Source: Amoebophrya sp. A120 (Eukaryota; Protista; Dinoflagellata). Taken from it: DNA of 64,000 bases. Every line of letters begins with the position of its first letter. Position 1 is the first letter of the stretch. The notes beneath the pieces were generated by a model. It made no database searches, was not told the DNA's origin, and was given only the letters and a program-made list of their open reading frames with translations. The position numbers and the translations under genes were made by a program. Positions 49,905-60,857 of this stretch are shown one piece after another. The stretch is from the NCBI GenBank assembly GCA_905178155.1, contig CAJINV010000001.1, positions 13,266,635 through 13,330,634 on the forward strand. Reading direction: 5' to 3'.

Positions 49905-51687
49905 CTAATAGTTGTAAGACGTTGAGGTCGTGCCGCCTCCCCTTTGGATCAGAATTTCCTCGTCCCGCGTGAAGGACTTCAGTTCCCCCATTTGCACATA
50001 GTCGTCGAGAATGGTGACGCGGCCGGTCTCCAGTTCGAAAATACTCCCGACGATCGCGACTTCCGGACAGTCGTGGAGGATGTTCTTCAAAATTCCCAAC
50101 TGTTCCACCACGTTGCGACACACGAGGTTCTCCGGCTCCAACTTCCGTTGCACCAGGCTGAGTTGCTTGTCACAGTCGTCTATGGATTGCAAAAATGTCT
50201 GGGTCTGGAAGATTGCAACTTGTCATGCTAAATCCGAATCATGCAGAAATCTGTGTTGCCTGATTACCAAAAGAGGTCCACTTTTGAACAAGTTAGTAGT
50301 AGTAACCATTTGACTCCTGGCGGGTTGGCGTTAGAACAGATTTAGCCTCTGCCAATGCCTGGGCGTTAGAACAGATTTAGCCTCTGCCAACACCCCTAGG
50401 TGGATACTCGCTCCACGTCCTAACTACCACCCGGCCGCATCCGCAAAACCGCTATCGATTGCTTACGCGTAACTACGGCCAGTGGGCGCTACGTGTGGCA
50501 GAACCCCCTTACCATCCAAGCCCGCGAGCAAGGTGGAGTTTCGGTGTGGCCTTGAAGGGCAGAGGCAGTTTCTCATTCTCATGCAGAATAGGCATGAAAG
50601 AGACCGCACAGCCTCCGTCATGCTAGGTCCCGCATTCCAGACCTAAAAAGTCCTGGAAAACCTGCATGACAAGTTCACATTCTTCCAGACCCAGACATTT
50701 TTACATTTCATATCGTCGATTACCGGGTAGCAGCCGAACCACTCACCGTCGTTTTCCAGCGAGCGGCGAATCCAGTCGATCAACATTTTCAGCGGGTCCT
50801 GGCCCGGCAGCGCCTCCGTCTGCGACCTTGTGCGGGTGAGCCGCGTGACACTAACTTCTGAAGGCTCCGACGGAAGGCTCGGCGTACCTCCGTTCAGACT
50901 GTCTTCGCTGTTTACGCGTAGTCGCGGCCTGCTGGAGTTCACGGGCGAGGAGCGCGAAGTGGGCGAAGTCGAACCCGCCGGACGCGGTGCTGAGGCAGCC
51001 GCGATTGCCCCGCACTTCGTGTGGCCCATGACCAAAACAAATTTGGTACCCAGGTGCTGGCAGGCGTACTGGATCTGTAGAAGGTAGTTTTTCCAAAATG
51101 AATCACGCTTGCGACCGCGAAATTTGAGAGAGACAAAAAATGCAACACTGAAGTTGTGCGACTCAAACGCACGTGGATGTGGGTGTGCATCTGCATACCA
51201 CAATCAGTCCATGAAAACATTAGTATACGCTGCCGCCCACACTGGTTCCCACATAGTTTCCAGCGGTTCTGGTCGTGAACATCTCCCCCTCGCACGCATC
51301 ACAGACACCTTGCGGATTGCACCGACTATCCGCGCACCCGATCACCGCCACTGCGGGCCTCTGGCCCTCGGCAACTTGCCGTCGGTGCAGTGCGTTTGCC
51401 CCCTCTGGCTTCGTCTGGAGCAAGCCGTTCATGTAGCGCATATTCCCAGACTCAAGGCCCTTTTTCAGCTCCAGCGCCGTCATTTGCTGGCACAAGTGAA
51501 AGGCGCCCGTGATGGCGCCGCAGTGCTCACACCGTTGCGTGTAGCCCGGGGAGGAGGAGGCACTACTGCTCGGGGGTCGCTGGTCACTATCCGGCGCGGC
51601 GTCGTCCTCGAACTTGCTTGATGGCTTCGAACCAGCAGCCCCGAGCGGCACGGACTGGGTGTGGTGCGCGAAACTCATGTTTGGCAT
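49905..51687 (-). CDS. Beta-class carbonic anhydrase, interrupted by a 532-bp introner
   Basis: Zn ligands in IGCADSR and GHTKCG. GT-AG intron 51075-51228 (GS|IQYA). After introner removal it reads YPVIDDCDKQ..IVGSIFELETGRVTIL. Confidence 0.9.
50181..50712. mobile_element. Introner-like TIR element, family A2 (532 bp) with nested insertion, TSD TCGTC
   Basis: TATGGATTGCAAAAATGTCTGGGTCTGGAA...TTCCAGACCCAGACATTTTTACATTTCATA. TCGTC at 50176-50180 and 50713-50717. Confidence 0.92.
50294..50558. mobile_element. ~265-bp nested insertion inside the introner (possible retroelement 3' end)
   Basis: Absent from the homologous 262-bp copy at 57324-57585. Has (TAG)3 at one end and a 29-bp direct repeat at 50327-50355 / 50362-50390. 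Confidence 0.6.
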
Positions 51688-52953
51688 TGCCTAATTACGT
51701 GTTGAGTGCGCAAAAACAAGAGCCGAAACTGTACTAACAGAGCCACAGTTGTGTGGTCGCTTCGCGAGTTTTGCACCACGACTAGAGTCCTAATTCCTCT
51801 GCGGAACGACACAGGAAATGATAAAGACGAAAATATTCAGTGACGCAGAGAAACGTCTCTTGGTTTTTCTTTTTCTGTCAGTCTCATCATAGCCTTGGTT
51901 TGCTTTGAATTTTCTCGTTTCTTCGACTCTTTCTCTTGTATTGTTCGTGATTCTTTTTCTCGTCTCGTCAAAATCCTGTCTCATACTTTTGAACGGGGCT
52001 CATTTCGGTTTCGCCTACTCGTACTCCTCTCGAAAGACAAAAAAAAAGAAAGTGCCAAAATGCCCATAGCACAATACAACTAGAAAGATCGCGAAGAGAA
52101 ATGAATTTCGTTCGCGGTTCCGGTTCGCCATTTTTCTAAAACTAAATTAAAAAAGAAAACTGCATGACTGCTCACCGAGCTCACTTCGCCGATCATATAC
52201 TTTAATGAATTTGAGCTTGACTCCGCACAAGAAAATCCAGATTTAGTCCACGCCAAACAGAAAATGTTTTTTGCGTCATGAATGGGCACCATGCAGCCAG
52301 CGAAACAAACTACATGCTTCAATTCCATTTTGATCCACAGATCGTTGTCATTCATCATCCATCTCCTTGACATGATTTCTACTGATTTCATTTCCGCAGG
52401 CATGATAGATTAGGTCTGTGTCTATGTGAAACCGAAACCACCCCTGACTGAGTTGATGTTGACCAGCAATGATATCACAACAACAAAAAAGCGATATGGA
52501 TATCATACATTTTTCTTTCTGTCAGATATCTTCATCGAGGATCTGCATTTTTTGCACCAACGCCCACTAAGAAAAGCCACTCGTGCGGGGGATTTGGGCA
52601 TCTTGATTCATGCAATGATGTTCTGGCCTACAAGAAAGCAAGGTTTGTTTTTACCCGATCAGAATCGATGAGTACATTTGGATTTGCTAAAAGTCAGAAA
52701 CAGCTCCTGCAGTGCTTTTATCCATTTCCATCTTTATGTTAATGTTTATGTTGGTAAAAATAAAAGTTTTCGCGCTGCTACGAGGGCCAGAAACCCCTGC
52801 ACAAACGTCCGACCCCCACCTTTTTCTACGCGTAGAGAGCAGATGAAGACGCCATCGGACCAAGTGCAACTCAAATACTAAAGAGTTCCGTCCGAATAAT
52901 TCTTTCGATCTCCACCACTAGCATCCATGCCCCCGCGTCTTTCATCCACGATT

Positions 52954-55900
52954 TCACGCTATGACCTGCGATTTCCGCCCTTGTGAGCCGAGGAGTTTTT
53001 TGTACAGCCCGTTCTTGTCGATTAGTTCCTGATGTCCTCCTTGCTCGAGCAAAATGCCGTCGCACATCACGCAGATCAAATCGCAGTTCTGGATCGTGGA
53101 TAAGCGGTGCGCGATCGTCACGGTCAGGCGGTTTTTCGTGTCGAGCTTGTCCAGCGTTTCCTGCACCTCCTTCTCGCTCACCGAATCTAGCGCACTAGTG
53201 GCCTCGTCCAGCAGCAAAATCTGCGGGTTGCGCATCAGCGCGCGCGCGATCGCAATCCGCTGCTTCTGGCCGCCGGAAATTTTGTTCCCCCGCGGCCCCA
53301 GCAACTCGGTCCACGTCAGTTGGTTCGTCCCGGGCGTATCCCCGATGAAATTCACGTTTGCCTGTTCCGCGACCCGCTTCACGTCGGCAGCGCTGAATTT
53401 GGGTCGTTCGTCTACTGGAACGCCGTACAGGATGTTCTCCAGCGCATTCAAGTTGAACAGCACCGGTTCCTGCCCGACGTACCCAATCGACAGCCGCCAT
53501 TTGAGCAAATTCACCGCGGTCAGATCGGCGCTGTTATTCAGGGAGATCTTCCCCTTGTTCACATCGTAGTACCGCATCAGCAACGCCATGATGGTCGATT
53601 TCCCGCTCCCGGACGGCCCGGCGAGCGCGACGGACTTCCCGTTCTGTAACGACAGAGTCAGCCCCTGCAGGATCGGGACGGTTGGCCGCGACGGGTAGGA
53701 GAAAAACACGTCGCTGAAGTCGATTTTTTCCATATCGTAGGAAAAAAGTGTTTCACTGTAAGGATTAGGATTTTGCAAGCTTTGCATCACAAGTTTGTTC
53801 TACACCAAAGAGAAAATTTGCCATGCGAGATTCCTAAGGGAAAACACAGCCAAATCCACTGTCTTGCATGTGTGGCAAGACAAACACTTCTCCGATACAT
53901 TTTCTGCATTACAAGTCTACAGTGAAACAGTTTTTTCTTGCGATATTCCAGTGCCGGCGGGTCCGGCTTGTTCCCGTTGCCCTCCTCGGTTTGGTCAATC
54001 AGAGGCACCCGGTCGGCCAGCTCGAAAATGTCGTGCGCCGCGGCCTTCGCCTTCGCGATGGACGGCATGGCGGCGCCGGCTTGCCCCGCACCCATGCCCG
54101 CAAAGATGATGCACATCACTGCCTTGAACATATCGCCGGGGGCCAGCCCCTCGTCCCGCATCAGCACCGCACCGTACCAGAAGCCGACCACGTACACGCC
54201 AAAAATGATTCCGTTGGAGAAGCCGAAGGCGAAACCGGACGGTAACGCCTTCTTCACCTCCTTGTCACGGACGCCAACCACCGCGTTGGAGTAGGTCTTC
54301 CAGAAGTCGTGCTCCGCACGCATGGCGCGCACGGTTTTCAGGTTCAGCACCACTTCCGCCATGATGCCGCCGCTCGCAATCACCTCCGGCGATTCGGATT
54401 CCCCGCCCATACCCATGATCACCACGAAGAGGATAATCATGGCGATAATCAACGGCGGCAGGCACGCGGTCACGACGGCCGCGAGCTTCCAGGAGGCGAT
54501 GTAGGCGAAGGTGAGGCCGCACACGATCGCGGACAAGGTTTCCACCTTTACGCCTAATTGTTCACCGGCGATGTAGCTCAAGTCGGAGCACTGCGATTCC
54601 AGTGCGGCCGTTAGCTTCCCCGGCGTGTGCTCCGGCTCGTCGAAATAGGCCATTTCCTGTTTCAGGTAGGTGGAAAACACCAAACGTCGCGCACGCATGG
54701 TCATGTAACTGCCCGCGTAGGAGTAGCACCCGTTGGCGAAGCAGTAGGTCAACGGGGCGACGAAACCAATGATGCAAAAGAGCAAGACGGACTTGTTCAG
54801 CTCGTCTTGCATTTTGTTTTTGTCGACGATGTAAAAATCGGTCATCGCTTCGATCAAAATGTAGGCGCAGAGTGGCTGGTAGGATCCGTTGCACAGGGAG
54901 AAAAAGAACCCCAGCGGGTAGTACATCAATTCGTACCGCGTGTTCAAACTCAGCAAGCGCTTCATGGGAACCTGAGAGAAGATTAATTTTGGTGCGATAG
55001 CATCCAGAATGAGACTTCTCACTTTGCTTCTGTAGAAGCAAGTTAGATAGAGTGACACATCACAAACTTGGAGTAAAGTGAGCAAAACGTAGGGTAGTGG
55101 ACATTCTCATTTGTACCGTGTATTCCTTCTCGATCTTCGCAAGCCTTTCCTTTTCCTTCTCCTCTTGCGTCTTTAAAACATCCATCGCCATGAGCCGTTC
55201 CTTCGACGCTGACCGCCCCAGCGTCGCCTCTGCAGCGGGGGTCCCATCTGCAATCGAGCCCTCGGTGACCGCGCCGGCCCCGTCTGCTACGGACATATCG
55301 ACAACGGTGGCGCCCTCGGGTGCACGACTCACCTGCCGCGAGAGCTCTCCGTCCTTCGAGGGAATCCGTTCCTCTGCCATGGAAAGCGCTTCTTGCGTTT
55401 CGGTCAACCGGTAGTAGCCGCCCTTCAGTGCCAGCAGCTCCTCGTGCGTCCCTTTCTCCGCGACAGTGCCCTGCTGCAGGAAAAAAATCTGGTCGCAGTT
55501 CCGCACGGTGGACAACCGGTGCGCGACGACGACAACCGTCAAGTCAGAGTTTTTTGAGAGGCTATCGATCGTCTCCTGCACTAACCTTTCACTCTGGTAA
55601 TCCAACGCCGACGTTGCTTCGTCCAGCAATAACAACTTCGGCTTGCGCACCAGCGCCCGCGCAATCGCGATTCGCTGCTTCTGTCCGCCGGAGAATTGCG
55701 ACCCCGCGGTTCCCGGAAGCGTATCCAGCCCCTCGGGCAAACCGGAGACGATATCCCAGATCTGGGCCTGCTTCAACGCGTCCTTGATGGCCTCATCGCT
55801 GGGCCGGTTCTTCAACCCAAAACACAGATTTTCGCGGATCGAGTAATTGAACAGCACCGGTTCCTGCGCGACGTACCCGATTTGCGACCCTAAGGATTCA

Positions 55901-57757
55901 AAACTCAAGTCCTTCACGTTGATCCCGTTGTAGCAAATCGAGCCGCCGCTCACGTCGTAGAACCGCTCAAGCAGCTGAATCATCGTCGACTTACCGCAGC
56001 CCGATTCGCCAACGAACGCGACTTTCTGTCCTGGGGACACCGAGAAAGACACCCCTTTCAAAACACTCACGTCTTTCCGCGTCGGGTAGGCGAAAGTCAC
56101 GTCGGTCGCGTCGATCCGCAAAGCCCCTTCTCCCTCGAGCTCCTTGGTACCCGGAAGCACGACTGGCTTCTCCACGGTCATCATCCACTTCAGATTCTTG
56201 AGCGCAGGTTTTGCCTCAGCGACCGCCTGGATCCAGGGCGCCACACTGCCGATGCCGAACATGCCCATCAGAACGCAGAAGAAGACCTTCATCACGTCCC
56301 CGCCCGTAAACGCCTCCCCGGTCTCCTGGTTCTTCACTCCGTCCTTCACCAAAATTGCCCCGTACCAGAACGCCAAGCCGTAGAGCAAAAAACACACACC
56401 CCACAGACTCCCGACCTGCAGGCCCACGCGCCCCCCGGACCGCGCTTTTCCGGCCCGGGCGTACTCCAAATGCTCCCCGTACCGCTCCAATTCGGACTTT
56501 TCCGATCCAAACGCCAGCACCGTTTTCACCGCTCCGAAAACCTCGTCCGCGACCGCGCCGGCTTTCACGTAGTACTTCATCGTGCCCCCGTTGATCTCCT
56601 GCAGCGCCATCGCGAAGTAGTACGCGGCGAGCCCCATGAAAGGAATTCCCGCGGACAAAACCAGCGCTAACCGCCAGCTCAAGGCAAACGCGAAGATAAA
56701 TCCGGCAATGAACTGGGCGAGATTCTGCACGGCAAGTGCGAAGTTCTTCCCGAGCGCGTCCTTGATCTTGCGCACATCCGTCATCGCGCGGGACGGCACC
56801 GTCATCGGGTCCTTTTCGTCGAACCACGAGGCGTCCATGTTGAGCACGGCTTTGCAGTAGGCTTCGCGGAATTTGCAGGTTTGTCTCGACCCGGCGACGT
56901 CGTAGAGCCAGGTGAAAATGGTCGCGGTAATCCAGCAGACGATCCCAATCACGCCGAACCAAACGAGCAAATCCATCATTTTGTCGTACATGTCGTTGGC
57001 GTTCATGATCCCGACGTCGAAAACCGCACCGAATACGTACGCGATTGCCGGCTGTCCTACGCTATCCCACGAAAAAACTGTTTCACTGTGATGGTTTTGC
57101 AAGATCCGCATCACAAGTTTGCTACACATGACACAGAAAATTTGCCATGCGCGCTTTCCAAGGGAGAACACGCTTAAAAGTCCAATGCCTTGCAGGTGTA
57201 GCAAGACAAATAGTTCTGTGTTCCATTCTATGCATCACAAGTTCACAGTGAAACAGTTTTTTCTTGCGATATACGCCGTACAGCGTAGCGTTGAACCCGC
57301 CGAACAGGTAGCAGGCCTTGTCCTATCAAGTGTAAAAATGTCTGGGTCTGGAAGAATGCGCGACTTGTCATGCAGCTTTTCCATGACCCATGAAGCCTGG
57401 AATGCAGGACCTAGCATGACAGCTTCTGCGCGATCTCTCTCATGCCTATCCTGCATGAGAAACTCCCTCTCGACTTGGTCAAAACTGGGCGACTTTTGGT
57501 AATCATGCAACACAGATTTTTACATGCTTCAGATTTAGCATGACAAGTTCCAACCCTCCAGACCCAGACATTTTTACATTTGATAGGTCCACCCCGTCTG
57601 CAAATTGAAACAGGTCCTTGAAGCCCACCATGGAGTAGTCCTCCTTCTCCGCCTTTTCTTTCGCACCATTCTTGTCGTCCTTCGCGTCTGGCTGGGGCTT
57701 GGTCGGTGTCACCACGTTGCCAGCCGGAGCGGCGGCGGGGTCGTACGAAGACGCCAT
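52954..57757 (-). CDS. Full-length ABCB1/MDR (P-glycoprotein-type) ABC transporter with three introners and one GT-AG intron
   Basis: Two TMD-NBD halves (GESGCGKST/FSGGQKQR/LLLDEATSALD and GPSGSGKST/ISGGQKQR). Joins FADGVDKACY, LYGVGQPA, ALEKIDFSDV. GT-AG intron 54972-55116. Confidence 0.93.
53733..53945. mobile_element. Introner-like TIR element, family B (213 bp), TSD TTCCA
   Basis: TATCGTAGGAAAAAAGTGTTTCACTGTA...TACAGTGAAACAGTTTTTTCTTGCGATA. TTCCA at 53728-53732 and 53946-53950. Confidence 0.92.
57063..57271. mobile_element. Introner-like TIR element, family B (209 bp), TSD TACGC
   Basis: TATCCCACGAAAAAACTGTTTCACTGTGA...TCACAGTGAAACAGTTTTTTCTTGCGATA. TACGC at 57058-57062 and 57272-57276. 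Confidence 0.93.
57324..57585. mobile_element. Introner-like TIR element, family A2 (262 bp), imperfect TSD TGTCC/GGTCC
   Basis: TATCAAGTGTAAAAATGTCTGGGTCTGGA...TCCAGACCCAGACATTTTTACATTTGATA. Flanks at 57319-57323 and 57586-57590 match 4/5. Confidence 0.9.
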
Positions 57758-58406
57758 CGTTCTTGTGGTTGCTTTCGGTTTCGCGTTAACTCTACTTTCC
57801 GAATGCGGCGATGGGTCACATTTGCTCGCAAAAAAAAAAATAAATGTTCCGTTTATTTCTCCGAATTGGGTGGAACGAAGATGACGCAGCAGATAAGTAA
57901 ACGAGAAGATGTTGATACGCGAGACACTACCGTAAGTTTTTTACCACGACACCGACGCCCTGTTGACATACGAAACGCAGTTTATTGAGCGCAATACTGA
58001 AAACGAAGGAAATGCACCTCCACGTGTGTAAGTAGCACCGCAAGAAAACCAGATTCATGACCCTTACCCCTACCCAGACCGACTCCGAATGAAGTGTGCG
58101 AGTGGGAGTGCGAAAAACCAGTTAACTATTACAAACAACCACGACTCACAGTTTGCGATGCCGATGGTGATGCCCCCCCTGATTACATTGCATCTATCGT
58201 TGCTAGACGAAGGAAACATGAGCCATGAGTAGACCATAAATGGTTGCTGTAGAAGCGAACAGAATTTTCTCACCCATCAAGACAGTATCTGTAGGTCGTC
58301 ACCTTTTCAGCGTCCTGTCGTCGAGTAGTCAAACATAATAAACGTTATGTGAATGTGTCAAAAGCATGAAGCTATGTTCGTCCGTCCAATTTGAAAGAGC
58401 CAGGCG

Positions 58407-59513
58407 TCAAGTTTCGTCTCCTACAAGTTCAACAACTTTTGGATAGCCCCCGTCTATTTCGTTGTCGCCCTTCGTATCGACGACTCGAAACCCGAAATCC
58501 CTCGCGCTTGCTCGAAACTTGTCTTCGGCATCAGGCCGGCTCCTTCCAAAGCTGAGAAAGATTCTGAACCTTGGTCTCTTCTGGAGGTGCATGTTTTCTC
58601 GCACAGTGAGGTCACCTCCCGCAGATGAGGCCCTTTTCATTGATACGCCGAGTTGCTCCAAAAGAACGCATATGGTGCGCAGCAGCGGCTCTACCAAATT
58701 CCGGTCGTACACGCATTCAGAGCCCACAATGAAAAAGTCCGACGTGAATGGGCTGCAACTCCCTTTATCGCTTCCAAAATCGTCATGCGTTTTCCTTTCT
58801 TCATGGTCTGCGTCACTTTGTGACTCTCGTGCCTCGTGAGCGTCGACACATATCTCTTTTGCAAGATTGCGTGCGTCCACATTGTCCAGACAACACCAAT
58901 CTAGTCGGCGCACGCTGATTGCCACTTGGCGCTTTCCCGCGCCGTGTTCTATCGGAGAATGATCATGATTGGCCTTTAAATTCGTTTCAGTGATACTCAG
59001 GACTTTCGGATGGTCGGTCAAGTAAATATGGTCTACGTGTCCGTGCGTCTGCTGTGCCAGAATCAACCCCAATGTGCCTGTTCCACACCCGAGCTCAAGA
59101 ACCACGGTTCTTCTCTTATTAGTCCTGAAGCCACTCCCACGAGCTCCTGCGCCATTAGCTTCACCGGTTGGATTGCATCTTGATGCCGGAGTTCCAAGGG
59201 CGTCTGGGTCTGCGAAAGAACTATTTGGTGGGACCTGCTTGTAGTTGTCCTCGGCCACAGTCTTTATACCTGATGTTTCGGTATTTTGCTGCAAGAGTAG
59301 AAGCGGCAAAACCACCTCTGCCAATGCGTTCGTGCCCTCTTTCCAAATCTGGGTTCCGATTTGTTGGCCTGGCCGCTCCACCACATGCACAGCATAACGG
59401 CCCTGGAATGTAAAGACGCTTCTCTTGTCCTGAGCCCGCTTTTCCCGTTCGGCGTGCAAATCCCGCAAAAACGCATTTTGTTCTGCGTACATAGTTTCAG
59501 GCTCAGGCAACAT
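58407..59513 (-). CDS. Protein-lysine methyltransferase (METTL21/Methyltransf_16 family)
   Basis: Motifs IGTQIW, VLELGCGTGTLGL, YLTD, RRLDW, FIVGSECVYD. Confidence 0.8.
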   Translation of the reverse strand: MLPEPETMYAEQNAFLRDLHAEREKRAQDKRSVFTFQGRYAVHVVERPGQQIGTQIWKEGTNALAEVVLPLLLLQQNTETSGIKTVAEDNYKQVPPNSSFADPDALGTPASRCNPTGEANGAGARGSGFRTNKRRTVVLELGCGTGTLGLILAQQTHGHVDHIYLTDHPKVLSITETNLKANHDHSPIEHGAGKRQVAISVRRLDWCCLDNVDARNLAKEICVDAHEARESQSDADHEERKTHDDFGSDKGSCSPFTSDFFIVGSECVYDRNLVEPLLRTICVLLEQLGVSMKRASSAGGDLTVRENMHLQKRPRFRIFLSFGRSRPDAEDKFRASARDFGFRVVDTKGDNEIDGGYPKVVELVGDET

Positions 59514-60857
59514 TGTTGCTACCAAATATAGCCGCCGGGGCGGAGGTAGTGAGGCCGTGGGCGTTTTCTTGCCGGCCGTCGCCTTGGCCGCGCCTTTGCT
59601 TTTTCTGGGCCCGCCATACCGCTGTGCGTAGCGTTAGGCCGCACGGTAGGGCGGCCGCTCGATAAACGTCGCCAATTTTGGCAAATCTCCGAAATTCCTT
59701 TCCGAAAGCCAGCCCTCATGCTATGGGGCCGATCCGGGTGCCACGAGGGGCGCCCAAAAAGCAGAGGAAAATTGGGCCCATAGCACGCGGATTGGCTTTG
59801 CGCGTCTGGGGCGCTTTTTCTTTTTCGCGTTTTTATTTTTCACGCCGGCGCTTTTTGCAAAGCTTCCCAGGCTCTGAAACCGGCGAAAAGGCAGCCGCTT
59901 TCGCGGCCGCCCGAAATGCTCCGAAATCGCGGCCGTGCCATGCTGTTTCGCTGTTCTGATTTCGGGCGCGTTTTTTGCGCGCCCCTTTTTGGGCGCCCCA
60001 AATCGCCAGAAACCAAGGCGGTGGGCGTCTCAGAAGGGCGCCCCTTTTGCCGGCTCCCCTGCGTCGTTTTATCAAGTGCGAATCGATAGTCTTCGACCGG
60101 GCTTGTTTGATATCAAAGCCCCGGCCGCTTGATAGTAGTTGAAAACTTTTTATGTCAAAAAACGCTTCCGGCCGCTTGAAAACTGCCGGGCGTTTTTCAC
60201 GGTAGGTGGCAAAAAAACTCCCCGGTTAGAACCGTTCGGTGACCTCACTACATACAACTGTCGAGAAACTACATTCTATCAAAAACACCTACTGCTCGTT
60301 GTGCATGATTGGCCTGTGAAAATCAAACGCGGTGCGGCAGCGGTTTCTTGACTCTCCTCTCGTGGGTAAAACCTCCATCAAGAAACATTCTTCATCTCCT
60401 TGTTGGTTGATTTTTCATCTCTTGGTCAACAGAGGGAGGGACACTGTGCAGTTTTTTCCTGTGTACGCTTTGTTGCGGCTATTCAATTAAAATTTTTCAA
60501 CTTTTCGTGCTACAGCTGTTCCAAAATTTATGTACAGGGAAACCACATCAACTACATCATCTATCATCCATCAGACTGTGCAGATACTTTCCTGGTACTA
60601 ATATTGCTATCCAATGCATAGTGAACAAAAATGGTATACATTGTGTCGGTGTGTGGGTGTGCTAGTGCCTATGATAATCATGTAATTCAAATAAAGTCAA
60701 ATGGTCCAAATTCAAAAAGTAGATGCTAGAAAAAAATCCGTGACCTGCTTGTGTTAGGTCTTCATTCTGAGACAGAGCCAGAAGCTTCGTAGTATCGTAC
60801 TAGTATCGACGTCACATTCATTTTTATCGCTTTGCGCTTGCCCTCTGAGGAAAAACC

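Noticed and set aside
49084-50121. 345-aa ORF overlapping the CA 3' end
   Set aside because: It is an alternate frame of the CA exon running into AT-rich spacer. No motif and no codon-like structure seen.
9210-57585. Recurrent 30-bp repeats (and the recurring peptides KCKNVWVWK / KMSGSG) read as CRISPR repeats or a protein motif
   Set aside because: The repeats are dispersed inverted pairs with TSDs, not a spacer array. The peptides are read-through translations of the TIR.
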